Assembly (NCBI GenBank): GCA_963734175.1
Contig: CAVTGC010000004.1
Coordinates: forward strand, 967,875-1,031,874
Reading direction: 5' to 3'
Length of the DNA: 64,000 nt
Source of the DNA: an uncultured Candidatus Rokubacteria bacterium
Lineage (GTDB): Bacteria; Methylomirabilota; Methylomirabilia; Rokubacteriales; CSP1-6
Positions 38,766-49,029 of this stretch are shown here, in pieces (the stretch's first letter is position 1; the number at the start of each line of letters is the position of its first letter). The position numbers were made by a program, and so were the translations under genes. The notes beneath the pieces are model-generated. The model saw nothing but the letters and a program-made list of their open reading frames with translations, ran no database searches and was not told where the DNA came from.

Positions 38766-39449
38766 CTACAGCAGCAGGCGCGTCAGCTCGTCGGGCTGGC
38801 TCAGCATCGGGTAGTGGCCGGTGTCCAGCTCACTGTACGGCGCCTTGAGCCGCTCGGCCGTGCGCCGCTGGTGCGTCTCCGGCGGGTTGGCGGCGCGCAG
38901 GCAGCGGATGACGCTGGCCTTCCACGAGCGGTCCCAGAAGTCCTTCAACTCCATCGGCGCGTCCATGGCGGCGATCGGGTGCAGCGTGTAGCGGGCCAGG
39001 GCCCACGCGCGCAGGGCGGGGTCGAGGTCGGTGAACATCCGCCCCTCGGCGTCCTCGCGGGTGGGGCCGGTGGCCACGTCCGTCTTCATCGGCGCCGGCC
39101 GCTTGACGATGTCGGCGATGCGCTCGCCGGGCAGCAGGGCCAGCGCGTCGACGAAGACCAGGCGGGCGATGCGATCGGCCGACTGCTCGGCCGCCCGGCA
39201 GACGACCATGCCGCCCGAGCTGGTGCCCACGAGAACCACGTCGCGCAGGTCCTCGTAGACCATGAACTGCGCGATCTCCTCCGCATGCGTGGAGTTCGTG
39301 ATGCCCGGGCGGATCGCGTGCTTCCGCTCGGCGCAGCCGTCGAGTGTCGGCGCGTGGACGACGTGGCCGGCCCGGCGCAGCCGCTCGGCCACCGGCTTCC
39401 AGATCCAGCCGCCCTGGTACGCCCCATGAACCAGCACGTAGGTCGCCAT
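38766..39449 (-). CDS. alpha/beta hydrolase (methylesterase/SABP2-like)
   Basis: Has 'YVLVHGAYQGGWIW' and 'LVGTSSGG' motifs. Confidence 0.75.
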   Translation of the reverse strand: MATYVLVHGAYQGGWIWKPVAERLRRAGHVVHAPTLDGCAERKHAIRPGITNSTHAEEIAQFMVYEDLRDVVLVGTSSGGMVVCRAAEQSADRIARLVFVDALALLPGERIADIVKRPAPMKTDVATGPTREDAEGRMFTDLDPALRAWALARYTLHPIAAMDAPMELKDFWDRSWKASVIRCLRAANPPETHQRRTAERLKAPYSELDTGHYPMLSQPDELTRLLL

Positions 39450-39452
39450 CGC

Positions 39453-40349
39453 TCAGGCTCCTCCCTTGACCGTCACGCCGGCCAGCCGCTCCAGCACCTT
39501 GATGATCGCGGAGCCGTCCTCCTTGTTGAGGCCGGCCGCGCGGGCCATCTGGTAGACCTGCTGGCTCACGTTGGCCAGCAGCACCGGCACGCCGAGCTGC
39601 TTGGCGAACTGCGTCTCCAGCTCCTGGTCCTTGAACGAGATATCGATGGTGCCGCCCGGCGCGAAGTCGCGCTTGAGGATGCGCGGCGTCCGCGTCTCGA
39701 ACGCGAAGCTGGTGCCGGTGCTCACGCGCACCACGTCGTAGATCGTCTGCGGGTCGAGGCCGGCCTTGACGCCCAGCACGAGCGCCTCGGCGATGGCCAC
39801 CGTGTTGACCTGCACCAGCATGTTGTTGACGAGCTTCATGGCCAGCCCCTGACCGAGCCCGCCGACGTGGAAGACGTTCTTGCCCATGGCTCGGAAAAGA
39901 TCGTCGCAGGCCTTCACGGTCTCGACGGGGCCGCCGCAGATGACCGACAGCTCGCCGGACGCCGCCCGCTCGGTGCCGCCGCTCACCGGCGCGTCGACCA
40001 TGGCGATGCCGCGCGCGGCCAGCGTGTCGCCGAGGCGGCGCGCCGCCAGCGGATCGATGGTACTCATGCACGCCACGATGTGGCCGGGCTTGGCGCGCTG
40101 GATGACGCCGTGCTCGCCGGCGATCACCGCCTCGGCCTGGGCGGTCGTCTCCACCATGCAGATGGTACGGGAGACGACAGCGGCCACGGCCTCGGCCGAC
40201 TCGGCCACCGCGGCCCCGGCACTCCGCAGCCGCTCGGTCTTGACCGGGTCGAGGTCGTGCACGACCAGCAGGAACCCGTGCTTGATGAGGTTGAGCGCCA
40301 TCGGGCCGCCCATCGCCCCCAGTCCGATGAATCCGACGGTATTCGTCAT
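39453..40349 (-). CDS. NAD(P)-dependent oxidoreductase, 3-hydroxyisobutyrate dehydrogenase family (second copy)
   Basis: Has 'VGFIGLGAMGGPMALNL'. Confidence 0.85.
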   Translation of the reverse strand: MTNTVGFIGLGAMGGPMALNLIKHGFLLVVHDLDPVKTERLRSAGAAVAESAEAVAAVVSRTICMVETTAQAEAVIAGEHGVIQRAKPGHIVACMSTIDPLAARRLGDTLAARGIAMVDAPVSGGTERAASGELSVICGGPVETVKACDDLFRAMGKNVFHVGGLGQGLAMKLVNNMLVQVNTVAIAEALVLGVKAGLDPQTIYDVVRVSTGTSFAFETRTPRILKRDFAPGGTIDISFKDQELETQFAKQLGVPVLLANVSQQVYQMARAAGLNKEDGSAIIKVLERLAGVTVKGGA

Positions 40350-40374
40350 GTTGTGGTCTCCGCTGGTCCGCAGT

Positions 40375-41175
40375 TCACGCCTGCGGGATCCACGGCCAGT
40401 ACTTGGCGATGGCGCCGGCGTCCACGCGTAGATCGAACCCGGTGATCATCTCGGCGTCGTCGGAGGCGAGGAACACCGCCGCCTTCGCGTAGTGCCGGGG
40501 GCTCGGCAGCCGGCCCATCGGCACCATCTTCTGGAAATCGAGCAGGCGCCCGCCCCGCTCCGGACGGCCGCGGCCCCACGCCTCGGCGCGCTCCAGCCCT
40601 TCCTCGACGTCGGTCGCAGTCGGGGTGAGGCTGTTCACCCGGATGCTGTGGCGGGCCAGGTCCATGGCGGCGGCGCGCGTGAAGTTGAGCAGGCCGCTCT
40701 TGCTCGTGCAGTAGCCGATGTTTCCGGCCTGACCCTGGTGGCCAGCGGTGGAGACGATGACGATGATGCTACCCGGCGTCTTCTGCTCGACCATCAGCCC
40801 GGCGACGTGCTTGGTGCACAGGAAGGCGCCGGTGAGGTTGACGGCCAGCTGCCGGTTCCAGCGCTCCAGTGGCATCTCGAGCACGCTCAGCCCGCCCAGG
40901 ATGCCGGCGTTGTTGACGAGGACGTTGACGCCGCCCCACGCCTGCCGCACCTGGGCGACCATGGCCTGCACCTGGGCCTCGTCGGTGACGTCGCAGACCA
41001 GGCCCAGGGCCTCGCCGCCGCGGCCGCTGATCGACGCGGCGCACTGCCGGGCGTTGTCGGGCTGGACGTCGACACAGGCCACGCGGGCGCCCTCGTCGGC
41101 GAGCCCGTGGGCGATGCCGCCCCCGATGTTGGGGCTGGTACCCGTCACGATCGCGACCTTGCCGGCGAGCTTCAC
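40375..41175 (-). CDS. SDR family oxidoreductase
   Basis: GTG start. Has 'GKVAIVTGTSPNIGGGIA', the 'NNAG' motif and 'YCTSK'. Confidence 0.8.
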   Translation of the reverse strand: MKLAGKVAIVTGTSPNIGGGIAHGLADEGARVACVDVQPDNARQCAASISGRGGEALGLVCDVTDEAQVQAMVAQVRQAWGGVNVLVNNAGILGGLSVLEMPLERWNRQLAVNLTGAFLCTKHVAGLMVEQKTPGSIIVIVSTAGHQGQAGNIGYCTSKSGLLNFTRAAAMDLARHSIRVNSLTPTATDVEEGLERAEAWGRGRPERGGRLLDFQKMVPMGRLPSPRHYAKAAVFLASDDAEMITGFDLRVDAGAIAKYWPWIPQA

Positions 41176-41253
41176 GCGAACACTCCCTCTCCGAGCCCTC
41201 GGCGCGGCGGCAGGGCAACCGCGCGGGCACGCGTCGTGACCAGGGAAGGCGAA

Positions 41254-41259
41254 TATAAT
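41254..41259 (+). promoter_or_regulatory. TATAAT -10-like hexamer upstream of the DUF885 gene
   Basis: TATAAT at 41254-41259, then a GGAGG RBS at 41269-41273 and ATG at 41280. No good -35 was seen. Confidence 0.25.
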
Positions 41260-41279
41260 CGTCGGCGCGGAGGCGGTCA

Positions 41280-43022
41280 ATGATGCGCTCGCCCGGACGT
41301 CGGCTCGTGCTCGTCGCCCTCGCCCTGCTCACCCACGCCTGTGCCGGGCTGCCGTGGGGGCCAGCCCCGCGGGTGGCCGATCTCACCCGCGCCTACGACG
41401 ACGACGTCACGCCGTACTACCCGTTCACGGCGAGCGAGATCGGCCTGCGCCAGTACGACCGGGTGCTGGCCAACGACATCGGCGAGGAGTACCGCAACGG
41501 GATGAAGGCGCTGTGCACGCGACACCTGGGCCGCCTGCACGGCCTCGACGCGGCCGGGCTGGACGGTGCCGAGCGGCTGGCCTACGACGTCTTCGAGTAC
41601 CGGCTGACGAGCTGCCTCGACGCCTTCCGCTTCCCCTGGCACCTGTTGCCCGTCAACCAGGCCGGGCAGACGTGGCCGAGCCGCTTTCCCGTCGTGGGCG
41701 CCGGCCGCGGCAATCATCCGTTCAAGACGGTGCGCAACTATCAGGACTTCCTCGGCCGCATCGGTGGCTTCGTCATCTGGATGGACACCGCGATCGCCAA
41801 CATGCGTGAGGGCGTCGCGCGCGGCGTGACCCAGCCGCGAGCGGTGATGCTGAAGGTGCTCCCCCAGCTCGACGTCCACATCGTGGACGATCCGCAGACC
41901 AGCCTCTTCTACGAGCCCATCCGCAACTTCCCGGTCGGGTTCGACGAGCCGACACGGCGGGCCCTGGCCGTGGCCTACACCGAGGCGATCCGCGAGCAGA
42001 TCGTGCCGGCCTACCGGCGGTTGCGGACCTTCATCCAGGACGAGTACCTGCCGCGCTGCCGGACGTCCGCCGGCCTGAGTGCCCTGCCCGACGGCGAGAC
42101 CTGGTACACCTTCGCGGTGCGGTACTCGACGACCACCGACCTCACCCCGGACGCGATCTACGACCTGGGTGTCGCCGAGGTCACACGCATCGGCGGGGCG
42201 ATCGACGCGCTGCGGGCGGAGATCGCCGCCGCCGGCGAGCCGGAGCTGGCCCGATACCGCTCGATCGACGAGCTGCTGAAGGGCTACGGCGAGCTCCGCG
42301 CGGCCGTCGACCGCGCGATGCCGAAGCTGTTCGGCCACTTCCCGCGGGCGGGGTTCGAGATCCGCCCCATCGAACCGTTCCGCGAGCGGTCCATGTCCTC
42401 GAGCTACGAGCCCGCCGCACTCGACGGCTCCCGGCCCGGCGTCTTCTATCTGAACAGCGCCAACGTGCGTGGCGGCGGCAGCGCCGGCGTCTCTCGCAAC
42501 CTCTACCTGCACGAGGCCGTGCCCGGCCACCACTTCCAGGTCACCCTGCAGCGCGAGAACACCGGGCTGCCCGGCTATCGCCGGTTCGGCTGGTACACCG
42601 CCTACGGCGAGGGCTGGGCGCTGTACGCGGAGTCGCTCGGCACCGAGCTGGGCGTCTACACCAATCGCCGCGACCGGCTGGCCATGCTGGGCGGCGAGCT
42701 GTTCCGGGCCCAGCGGCTGGTCGTCGACGTGGGCCTGCACGCCAAGGGCTGGACTCGGGAGCAGGCGATCGACTATCTCGGCGGTCCTACCCCCGACAAC
42801 GAGCGGGAGATCGAGCGTTACATGGTCTGGCCCGGCCAGGCCCTCGGCTACAAGATCGGCCAGCTGAAGTTCCTGGATCTGCGCCGCCGGGCCGAGGCGG
42901 TGCTGGGGCCCGGCTTCGACGTGCGCGCCTTCCACGACGAGCTGCTGCGCGACGGCGCCATGCCCCTCAGCGTGCTGGAGTCGAAGATGGACCGCTGGCT
43001 GGCCGCCCGGCGGCGGAGCTGA
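41280..43022 (+). CDS. DUF885 family secreted/lipoprotein (putative metallopeptidase-like)
   Basis: Signal 'LVLVALALLTHAC'. Length 580 aa. Has a 'HEAVPGHHFQ' HExxH-like motif. Confidence 0.75.
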   Translation: MMRSPGRRLVLVALALLTHACAGLPWGPAPRVADLTRAYDDDVTPYYPFTASEIGLRQYDRVLANDIGEEYRNGMKALCTRHLGRLHGLDAAGLDGAERLAYDVFEYRLTSCLDAFRFPWHLLPVNQAGQTWPSRFPVVGAGRGNHPFKTVRNYQDFLGRIGGFVIWMDTAIANMREGVARGVTQPRAVMLKVLPQLDVHIVDDPQTSLFYEPIRNFPVGFDEPTRRALAVAYTEAIREQIVPAYRRLRTFIQDEYLPRCRTSAGLSALPDGETWYTFAVRYSTTTDLTPDAIYDLGVAEVTRIGGAIDALRAEIAAAGEPELARYRSIDELLKGYGELRAAVDRAMPKLFGHFPRAGFEIRPIEPFRERSMSSSYEPAALDGSRPGVFYLNSANVRGGGSAGVSRNLYLHEAVPGHHFQVTLQRENTGLPGYRRFGWYTAYGEGWALYAESLGTELGVYTNRRDRLAMLGGELFRAQRLVVDVGLHAKGWTREQAIDYLGGPTPDNEREIERYMVWPGQALGYKIGQLKFLDLRRRAEAVLGPGFDVRAFHDELLRDGAMPLSVLESKMDRWLAARRRS

Positions 43023-43029
43023 GGTCAGC

Positions 43030-43410
43030 TCAGGCTGAGGTGGCCCCACCCTTCGCCGTGCGCGCCGCTCGGGCCAGTCGCGCAACGCCGAGCGAGGCGC
43101 ACCACGCCGCCAGAAGCCACACGAGGGTCGTGATGGCAATGCCGAAGATGGTCGGTCGGCACCACATCCAATCGCACCGGCCTCGATCGGTCAGGCCGGG
43201 AATGCCCAGCTCCTCGAAGAGGTACACGGTGAACGGCGGAATGGCCACGAGCTTGCCGAGGAATGACTCACCGAAGGCGGGCCAGATCCACCCGGCAAGC
43301 CACACCGAGCCATACGTCAGCACGACCGCCGCGAAGAGTCGGCGAACGAACCGGCGTTCGTTCGTGGCCGCCGGCGCCCCGGGCGTCGCGGGGCCGGCCG
43401 GCCGGCTCAT
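43030..43410 (-). CDS. small hypothetical membrane protein (2 TM)
   Basis: ATGA overlap with the Rieske gene stop. Length 126 aa. Confidence 0.5.
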   Translation of the reverse strand: MSRPAGPATPGAPAATNERRFVRRLFAAVVLTYGSVWLAGWIWPAFGESFLGKLVAIPPFTVYLFEELGIPGLTDRGRCDWMWCRPTIFGIAITTLVWLLAAWCASLGVARLARAARTAKGGATSA

Positions 43411-44681
43411 CGCACCGTTTTGGCCCTGGCCATCTCTTGCAGGTAGCGCACGGAGACGCGTTCCACCGGCACCGCGTCGGGTGGAAGGTCGTCCGGGTTG
43501 CGGTACTCGAACGCGGCGTCCCGGCCGCCGTAGTGCTTGGTGACGACCAGCTTGCGCCACTGGATCACCTCGGCGTCGGTGCCGGAGAGCTTCTCGGGCG
43601 TGTCGTAGCGCTGGTTGAGCATCACCGCCTCGTCCTGGCGGGAGAAGTTGTACTCGATGATCCACCGGCGCACGGTCGCGTACATCGCCTTGTCCCAGAA
43701 CCGCCGGAGCGCGTTCTTCGGACGCGTGCAGTGGTAGTACCAGACGCGCGTCAGGTGCTCCTCGACCGGCACGCACATGCGCGTGTAGAGGTCCCAGCCG
43801 AACTCGGCGCGGAACATCCCGGGCAGGTGATGGCCACCGCACCATTGCGCCGACTTCGGCGGCGGGATGTTGCGCCGGGCGCGATCGGCCAGCGGCTTGG
43901 TGATCCACGTCCACACCCGCCGGTAGTTGGTCTTCGGCCACTTCCAGCCGTTCGGGTAGAAGTCCTGCGCCGGGCTCCGGCGCATGTAGTTGCTCTCGGC
44001 CACGTCGCCGCCGAAGCCGTTGCCCACGAACAGCGGGTGCTCGCCCTGGGCCCCCCGCGCGATGAAGCCGCCACGCGCCACCACCACCGCGTTGCGGTGC
44101 ACGTAGTTCACGTGCGAGTCCATCGAGTTCTCGAGCGCGACCTCCCAGTTGCAGCGCCAGTAGACCTGGCCGACCTGCACCAGCGCCTCGTCGTCGAAGA
44201 ACTCCTCGGGCACATCCTGCTCGATGGGCGCCGGATCGGCGTCGCCCATCCACACGAAGACCACGCCCTTGAGCGTGCGGGTGGGATAGACCTTCGCCTC
44301 CGTCCCCGGCTTGCCGCACACGCCGGAGTCCGGCCCCTCGGAGAGCACGGCCACGTTCTTGCCGGACTCGTCGTACACCCAGCCGTGGTACGGGCAGGCG
44401 ACGGTGCCCTTGTAGTGGCAGTCGCCCTCGCTCAGGCGGGCGCCGCGGTGCGGGCACACGTCCTGGATGGCGGCGACGGCGCCGGTGGCCCCGCGGAAGA
44501 GGCAGATCTCCTCGCCCAGCAGCGCCACCTTGACCGGCTTGCGCGCGCCGACCTTCCGGTCGGTGACCGCCGGGTACCAGTAGTTGCGCAGGCCCAGCTT
44601 GGGGATGAGCGGCCGGATGTCGCCGCTGAGCTTGGGGATGGCGCCGTGGCTCTGCCCGTGCCCGTTGCGGGTCGTCGTCAT
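43407..44681 (-). CDS. Rieske (2Fe-2S) aromatic ring-hydroxylating oxygenase alpha subunit
   Basis: Rieske motif 'CPHRG...CPYHGW'. ATGA overlap with the LigB stop. Confidence 0.8.
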   Translation of the reverse strand: MTTTRNGHGQSHGAIPKLSGDIRPLIPKLGLRNYWYPAVTDRKVGARKPVKVALLGEEICLFRGATGAVAAIQDVCPHRGARLSEGDCHYKGTVACPYHGWVYDESGKNVAVLSEGPDSGVCGKPGTEAKVYPTRTLKGVVFVWMGDADPAPIEQDVPEEFFDDEALVQVGQVYWRCNWEVALENSMDSHVNYVHRNAVVVARGGFIARGAQGEHPLFVGNGFGGDVAESNYMRRSPAQDFYPNGWKWPKTNYRRVWTWITKPLADRARRNIPPPKSAQWCGGHHLPGMFRAEFGWDLYTRMCVPVEEHLTRVWYYHCTRPKNALRRFWDKAMYATVRRWIIEYNFSRQDEAVMLNQRYDTPEKLSGTDAEVIQWRKLVVTKHYGGRDAAFEYRNPDDLPPDAVPVERVSVRYLQEMARAKTVR

Positions 44682-45727
44682 GGCTTGAACACCGCGAAAC
44701 ACTTGTTGGAGTTGAACGACCACGTCTCGAGGAACTCGCAGGTGTCGGGCTTGCGGCCGAGCGCCTCCATGGCGCCGGCCAGCATGTACCAGTTGAGCAT
44801 CTCCTGCTGCCCCGACGCCTCGATGGCGGCCAGGGGGCGGTCGCGCCAGGTGTCGTAGTCACCGACCCGCAGCGCCTCGTAGAGCTTCCGGTCCTCGGGG
44901 ATGTCGGGATAGAGCTGGTGGTTCTTGTCGGTCAGGAACGCGTGTGACCAGCTCGACGAGGCGATGAGCGCCACCCGCCAGGGGCTGTCGCGCATGGCGC
45001 GGGCGACGGCGGCGCCGACCTCCATGCACCGCTTCGGCGAGGGCGACGGCGGATCGAGATCGGCGTCGGCCAGCGGATGAGCCAGGCTGCCGCGCCCGCC
45101 TCGCTGGGCGATGACACGCCGGCCGTAGCAGTTCACCTGGAAGGCGACGACCGGGTAGGGGAAACCGATCCGGTCGTAGTCGAGATAGAGCACCGTGTTG
45201 AGGAAGGCGTGGGCGAGCCCCTGGTGGTGCAGCGGCTTGTAGGCGTAGGCCATGTCGACGCCCTGCTCCAGCAGGCGCCCGGCCAGGTACTTGCCGGCCT
45301 CGCGATGGCCCTTGATGCGGAACACGGTGTCGGGGCCCTCGCCCCACACGTTGGACGCGTCGCGCGCCCGGTGCCGCGCCTCGACCTCGTCATACGCGAG
45401 AACGCAGAAGGGCGGGATGATGTCCTCGGTGAAGTTCTCATGCTGGTCGTCGCCCCACATGACGACGACGTCGGGCCGGAAGTCGTCGAGCAGCGTGCGG
45501 GCGTGGCGGAAGTGGCGAACGAGGTCGGCGCGGTGGGCGGCGGCCGAGGCGGTGGCGCCGTCGGTGCCGTACTCGCGCCGCATCGGCTCCGGCCAGCTGG
45601 CCGGGTCGCGGTAGCGCTCCGGCAACCCCGGATCCTTGAGCACGGCCCGCAGGATGTTGGCCATGTTCTCGTCCGGGCCGATGAGCGGCGGGTAGTGCGT
45701 GAGGCCCAGGCCGAGGATCTCACCCAT
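44678..45727 (-). CDS. class III extradiol ring-cleavage dioxygenase (LigB family)
   Basis: 349 aa with the LigB-type fold pattern. Confidence 0.75.
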   Translation of the reverse strand: MGEILGLGLTHYPPLIGPDENMANILRAVLKDPGLPERYRDPASWPEPMRREYGTDGATASAAAHRADLVRHFRHARTLLDDFRPDVVVMWGDDQHENFTEDIIPPFCVLAYDEVEARHRARDASNVWGEGPDTVFRIKGHREAGKYLAGRLLEQGVDMAYAYKPLHHQGLAHAFLNTVLYLDYDRIGFPYPVVAFQVNCYGRRVIAQRGGRGSLAHPLADADLDPPSPSPKRCMEVGAAVARAMRDSPWRVALIASSSWSHAFLTDKNHQLYPDIPEDRKLYEALRVGDYDTWRDRPLAAIEASGQQEMLNWYMLAGAMEALGRKPDTCEFLETWSFNSNKCFAVFKP

Positions 45728-45789
45728 GTCCTACCTCCTGGCGCGACCGATGATCAGCCGCGGGGTCCTATCCTACCGCGGGAACGCCG

Positions 45790-46740
45790 CTACGACAGCA
45801 GGTAGCGCTTGCCGACCGCGGAGGGTACCAGCTCGTCGCCGAACTCCCGGGCCAGGGCGCTCATGGCCCGCCAGCCCGTGCAGTGGCCGGGGGCGAGGAC
45901 GCCGAGGGCGAAGCGCTTCAGGTCGGCGACGGTGTCGGGGATGATCGGCTCCGTCGAGCCGGACAGGTGCAGGCCGCCCATGGCGCCATAGAGCGGCACC
46001 GACGGGAAGGTCTCGCGCGCGTGGGTGAGGACGTTCACGATGCCGGCGTGCGAGCACGCCGAGAAGACGAACTGGCCCCGGCCCTTCACCTGCACGGAGA
46101 CAAAGCGCTCGTCCATGATGAGCGGGTCCGGCTCCCACGTGCGCCCGTCGGCGGCGCGCTTCACGTGGCCGGGCAGCCCCGTCTCGTAGCGCGTCACTCG
46201 CGGGATCTCCCCGCTGACGTGGAAGAGGCCGCCGCCCACCGTCTGCGCCTGCCGCGTGTTCTGCACGGCGGCGCCGGCGGCGGTCAGCCGCTCGGGCGTC
46301 GGCACCGGCTCCTGCGCGATCAGCACGCCGTCCGGGCGCTGCGAGCCGCGCTGGACGAACATGCCGGGGTGCACGAAGCACGGCACCGGCGCTCCGGGGC
46401 GGCGGGTGGCCACCGCTTCGATCGCGGCGATCAGCCCCCCGCCGTGGTCCCAGTGGCCGTGCGAGAGCACCACCGCCTCGACCTGGCCGAAGTCCACGCC
46501 CAGGATGGCGGCGTTGCGCAGCAGGGTCGCGCCCTCGGGGCCGGCGTCGAACAGCAGGGTGTGGCGCTCATCGCCGACGTGGGCGGTGATGAGCAGCGAC
46601 AGGCCGTGGTGCGCGCGGCAGATCGCCTCGCCGGAAAGCACCGGCAGCCGGCCCGCGGCGACCAGCCCCGGCCACTCGGGGATGACGTGCTTGGGCGTCG
46701 TCGACAGGCTGTCGGTGGCGTTGTCGACGAGGACCAGCAC
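45790..46740 (-). CDS. MBL-fold metallo-hydrolase
   Basis: Has the 'SHGHWDHGGG' metal-binding motif. Confidence 0.8.
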   Translation of the reverse strand: MLVLVDNATDSLSTTPKHVIPEWPGLVAAGRLPVLSGEAICRAHHGLSLLITAHVGDERHTLLFDAGPEGATLLRNAAILGVDFGQVEAVVLSHGHWDHGGGLIAAIEAVATRRPGAPVPCFVHPGMFVQRGSQRPDGVLIAQEPVPTPERLTAAGAAVQNTRQAQTVGGGLFHVSGEIPRVTRYETGLPGHVKRAADGRTWEPDPLIMDERFVSVQVKGRGQFVFSACSHAGIVNVLTHARETFPSVPLYGAMGGLHLSGSTEPIIPDTVADLKRFALGVLAPGHCTGWRAMSALAREFGDELVPSAVGKRYLLS

Positions 46741-46764
46741 CTCCAGCCGATCGGCGGCGCCGCA

Positions 46765-49029
46765 TCAGCGGTCGGCGCGCGCGACGGCGGCGAGGACGCG
46801 CGACGGAGTCAGGGGCAGCGTGGTGATGCCCAGCGCGGGCCGGGCCAGCGCGTCGCACACCGCATTGGCGATGGCGGCGCCGAGGCCGGGGTTACCGCAC
46901 TCGCCGAGGCCGCGCAGGCCGAGCGGGTTGGTCTTGGCGCGGATCTCCTGGTAGAAGCCGATCACCTCGGGGACGTCGGTCGCGTACGGTAGCGCGTAGT
47001 CCATCAGCGTGCCGGAGACCAGCTGGCCGTCGCCGTCGTAGACGAGGCTCTCGTGCAGCGTGTTGCCGATGCCGAAGGCCACGCCGCCCACCAGCTGGGC
47101 GTCGACCAGCGCCGGGTTCACCGCTCGCCCCACGTCGGCGCCGACCACCACCCGGCGCAGCGCCAGCACGCCGGTCTCGGGGTCGACGTCGAGCACGACG
47201 GCGCACGCGCAGCCCGCGTAGGTCACCTTGGGCACCTCGAAGGAGGCGCCGGCGGCCAGCCGGCGCTCGGCGGCCAGCTCGGCCAGCGTGACGCGACGGC
47301 CGCCGGCCTCCAGCGCGCCGCTCGCGTAGCGCACGTCGGCCTCGGGCACGCCGAGACGGGCGGCGGCGCGGGCGCGAGCCTCGGCGATGAGCTTGGCCGC
47401 GGCCAGCGCCGCCGCGTTGCCGGCGGTGACGGTGCCTCGCGAGCCGTAGGTGCCGACGCCGCTCTCGACGGCGGCGGTGTCGGCGTGGCGGACGTGGAAA
47501 CGGGCAGCCGGCAGGCCGAGCGACTCGCCGAGGATCTGGGCCAGCACGGTCTCAAGGCCGGGGCCCATGGAGGACGCGCCGGTGTCCACGACGAGCGTGC
47601 CGTCGGCCCGTGCCTCGACCTGGGTCGTCTCGAATGGCCCCAGCCCCGTCTTCTCGACGTAGACGGCCAGGCCGATGCCGCGCCGGAGCCCCGGCCGCGC
47701 GTTCAGAGCCTTCTGCTCGGCGCGTACCGTCTCGTAGTCGAGGCGTTGCAGCAGCTCGGCGAAGAGCGCGGGGAAATCGCCGGAGTCGTAGACGGTGCTC
47801 ACGCCGAACGACTTCGTCCCGCAGTCGTAGGGCATCTCGTCTGCGCGGATCAGGTTGCGCCGGCGGATCTCGGCGGGGTCGAGGCCGAGCCGCGCGGCAC
47901 CGCGGTCCAGCAGCCGCTCGCGGACGAAGTTGCACTCGGGGCGGCCGGGCGAGCGCAGCGTGCCGGCCGGCGTCTTGTTGGTGACGACGGACCAGAGATC
48001 GCAGGCGTAGCTCGGCACGCGATAGGGGCCGGGCAGCAGGGCGGCGCCGAACTCGGCGGGCACCAGCGCCGCCGTCCGCACGTAGGCACCGATGTCGGCG
48101 CGGATGACGGTGCGGATGGCCAGGATGCGGCCGTCGCCGTCGAAGCCGATCTCGATCTCGTAGGCGACCTCGCGGGCGTGGTTGGCGGCCATGAGGTTCT
48201 CGCGCCGGCTCTCGATCCACTTCACCGGCCGCCCCAGCTTGAGCGCGGCCAGCGGCACCAGGATGTCCTCCGGGTACAGCTCACCGCGCACGCCGAAGCC
48301 GCCGCCGACGTCGACCTCGGTGAGCCGCAGCGCGCCCGGCGGGAGGCCGAAGATCGGCGCCAGGATCGTGCGGTTGATGTGGATGCACTTGGTGGAGCCG
48401 ATCAGGTGCAGCTCGCCCCCGCGCGGGTCGGGCGGCACGGCCACGAGCCCGCGCGTCTCCAGCGCGGCGGCCGTCTGCCGCGGGTAGTCGAAGCGCTCGC
48501 GGATGACCACGGCGGCGCTGGCCAGCGCGGCATCGGCATCGCCCACCCGCATGGTGATGGTGGCGACGTTGTTGGTGTCGGTGCCGTCGAACAGGCGGGG
48601 CGCGCCGGGGGCGAGGGCGGCGGTCACCGAGGGGCAGGCCGGCCGCGTCTCGTAGACGGCGTCGATCAGCTCGGCGGCGTCGCGGGCGATGTACGGATCG
48701 TCGGCGACGACGAGGGCGACCGGCTCGCCCACGTAGCGGACGACGGTGCGGGCGATGGCCGGCTGCAGGTAGCGGTCGGCGCCGGCCGGCGCCGGCACCC
48801 GGTTGGGGATGATGGCGGCGGCCGGCACGTCGGCGGCGGTCAGGACCGCCCGCACGCCCGGCAGGTCGAGCGCGCGCTTGGTGTCGAGCGACACCAGGCG
48901 GGCGTGGGCGTGGGGCGAGCGGAGCACGGCGGCGTGCAGCATGCCGGGGACGCGCACGTCGTCCACGAACCGGCCGGTGCCGGTCACGAGCGGGCCGCCG
49001 CCCAGCCGCGGATGCGCCTCACCGATCAT
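46765..49029 (-). CDS. xanthine dehydrogenase family molybdopterin-binding large subunit (CoxL/aldehyde-oxidase-like)
   Basis: 754 aa. Has 'DVGGGFGVRGE'. ATGA overlap with the upstream hydrolase stop. No small or medium subunit genes are adjacent. Confidence 0.8.
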   Translation of the reverse strand: MIGEAHPRLGGGPLVTGTGRFVDDVRVPGMLHAAVLRSPHAHARLVSLDTKRALDLPGVRAVLTAADVPAAAIIPNRVPAPAGADRYLQPAIARTVVRYVGEPVALVVADDPYIARDAAELIDAVYETRPACPSVTAALAPGAPRLFDGTDTNNVATITMRVGDADAALASAAVVIRERFDYPRQTAAALETRGLVAVPPDPRGGELHLIGSTKCIHINRTILAPIFGLPPGALRLTEVDVGGGFGVRGELYPEDILVPLAALKLGRPVKWIESRRENLMAANHAREVAYEIEIGFDGDGRILAIRTVIRADIGAYVRTAALVPAEFGAALLPGPYRVPSYACDLWSVVTNKTPAGTLRSPGRPECNFVRERLLDRGAARLGLDPAEIRRRNLIRADEMPYDCGTKSFGVSTVYDSGDFPALFAELLQRLDYETVRAEQKALNARPGLRRGIGLAVYVEKTGLGPFETTQVEARADGTLVVDTGASSMGPGLETVLAQILGESLGLPAARFHVRHADTAAVESGVGTYGSRGTVTAGNAAALAAAKLIAEARARAAARLGVPEADVRYASGALEAGGRRVTLAELAAERRLAAGASFEVPKVTYAGCACAVVLDVDPETGVLALRRVVVGADVGRAVNPALVDAQLVGGVAFGIGNTLHESLVYDGDGQLVSGTLMDYALPYATDVPEVIGFYQEIRAKTNPLGLRGLGECGNPGLGAAIANAVCDALARPALGITTLPLTPSRVLAAVARADR

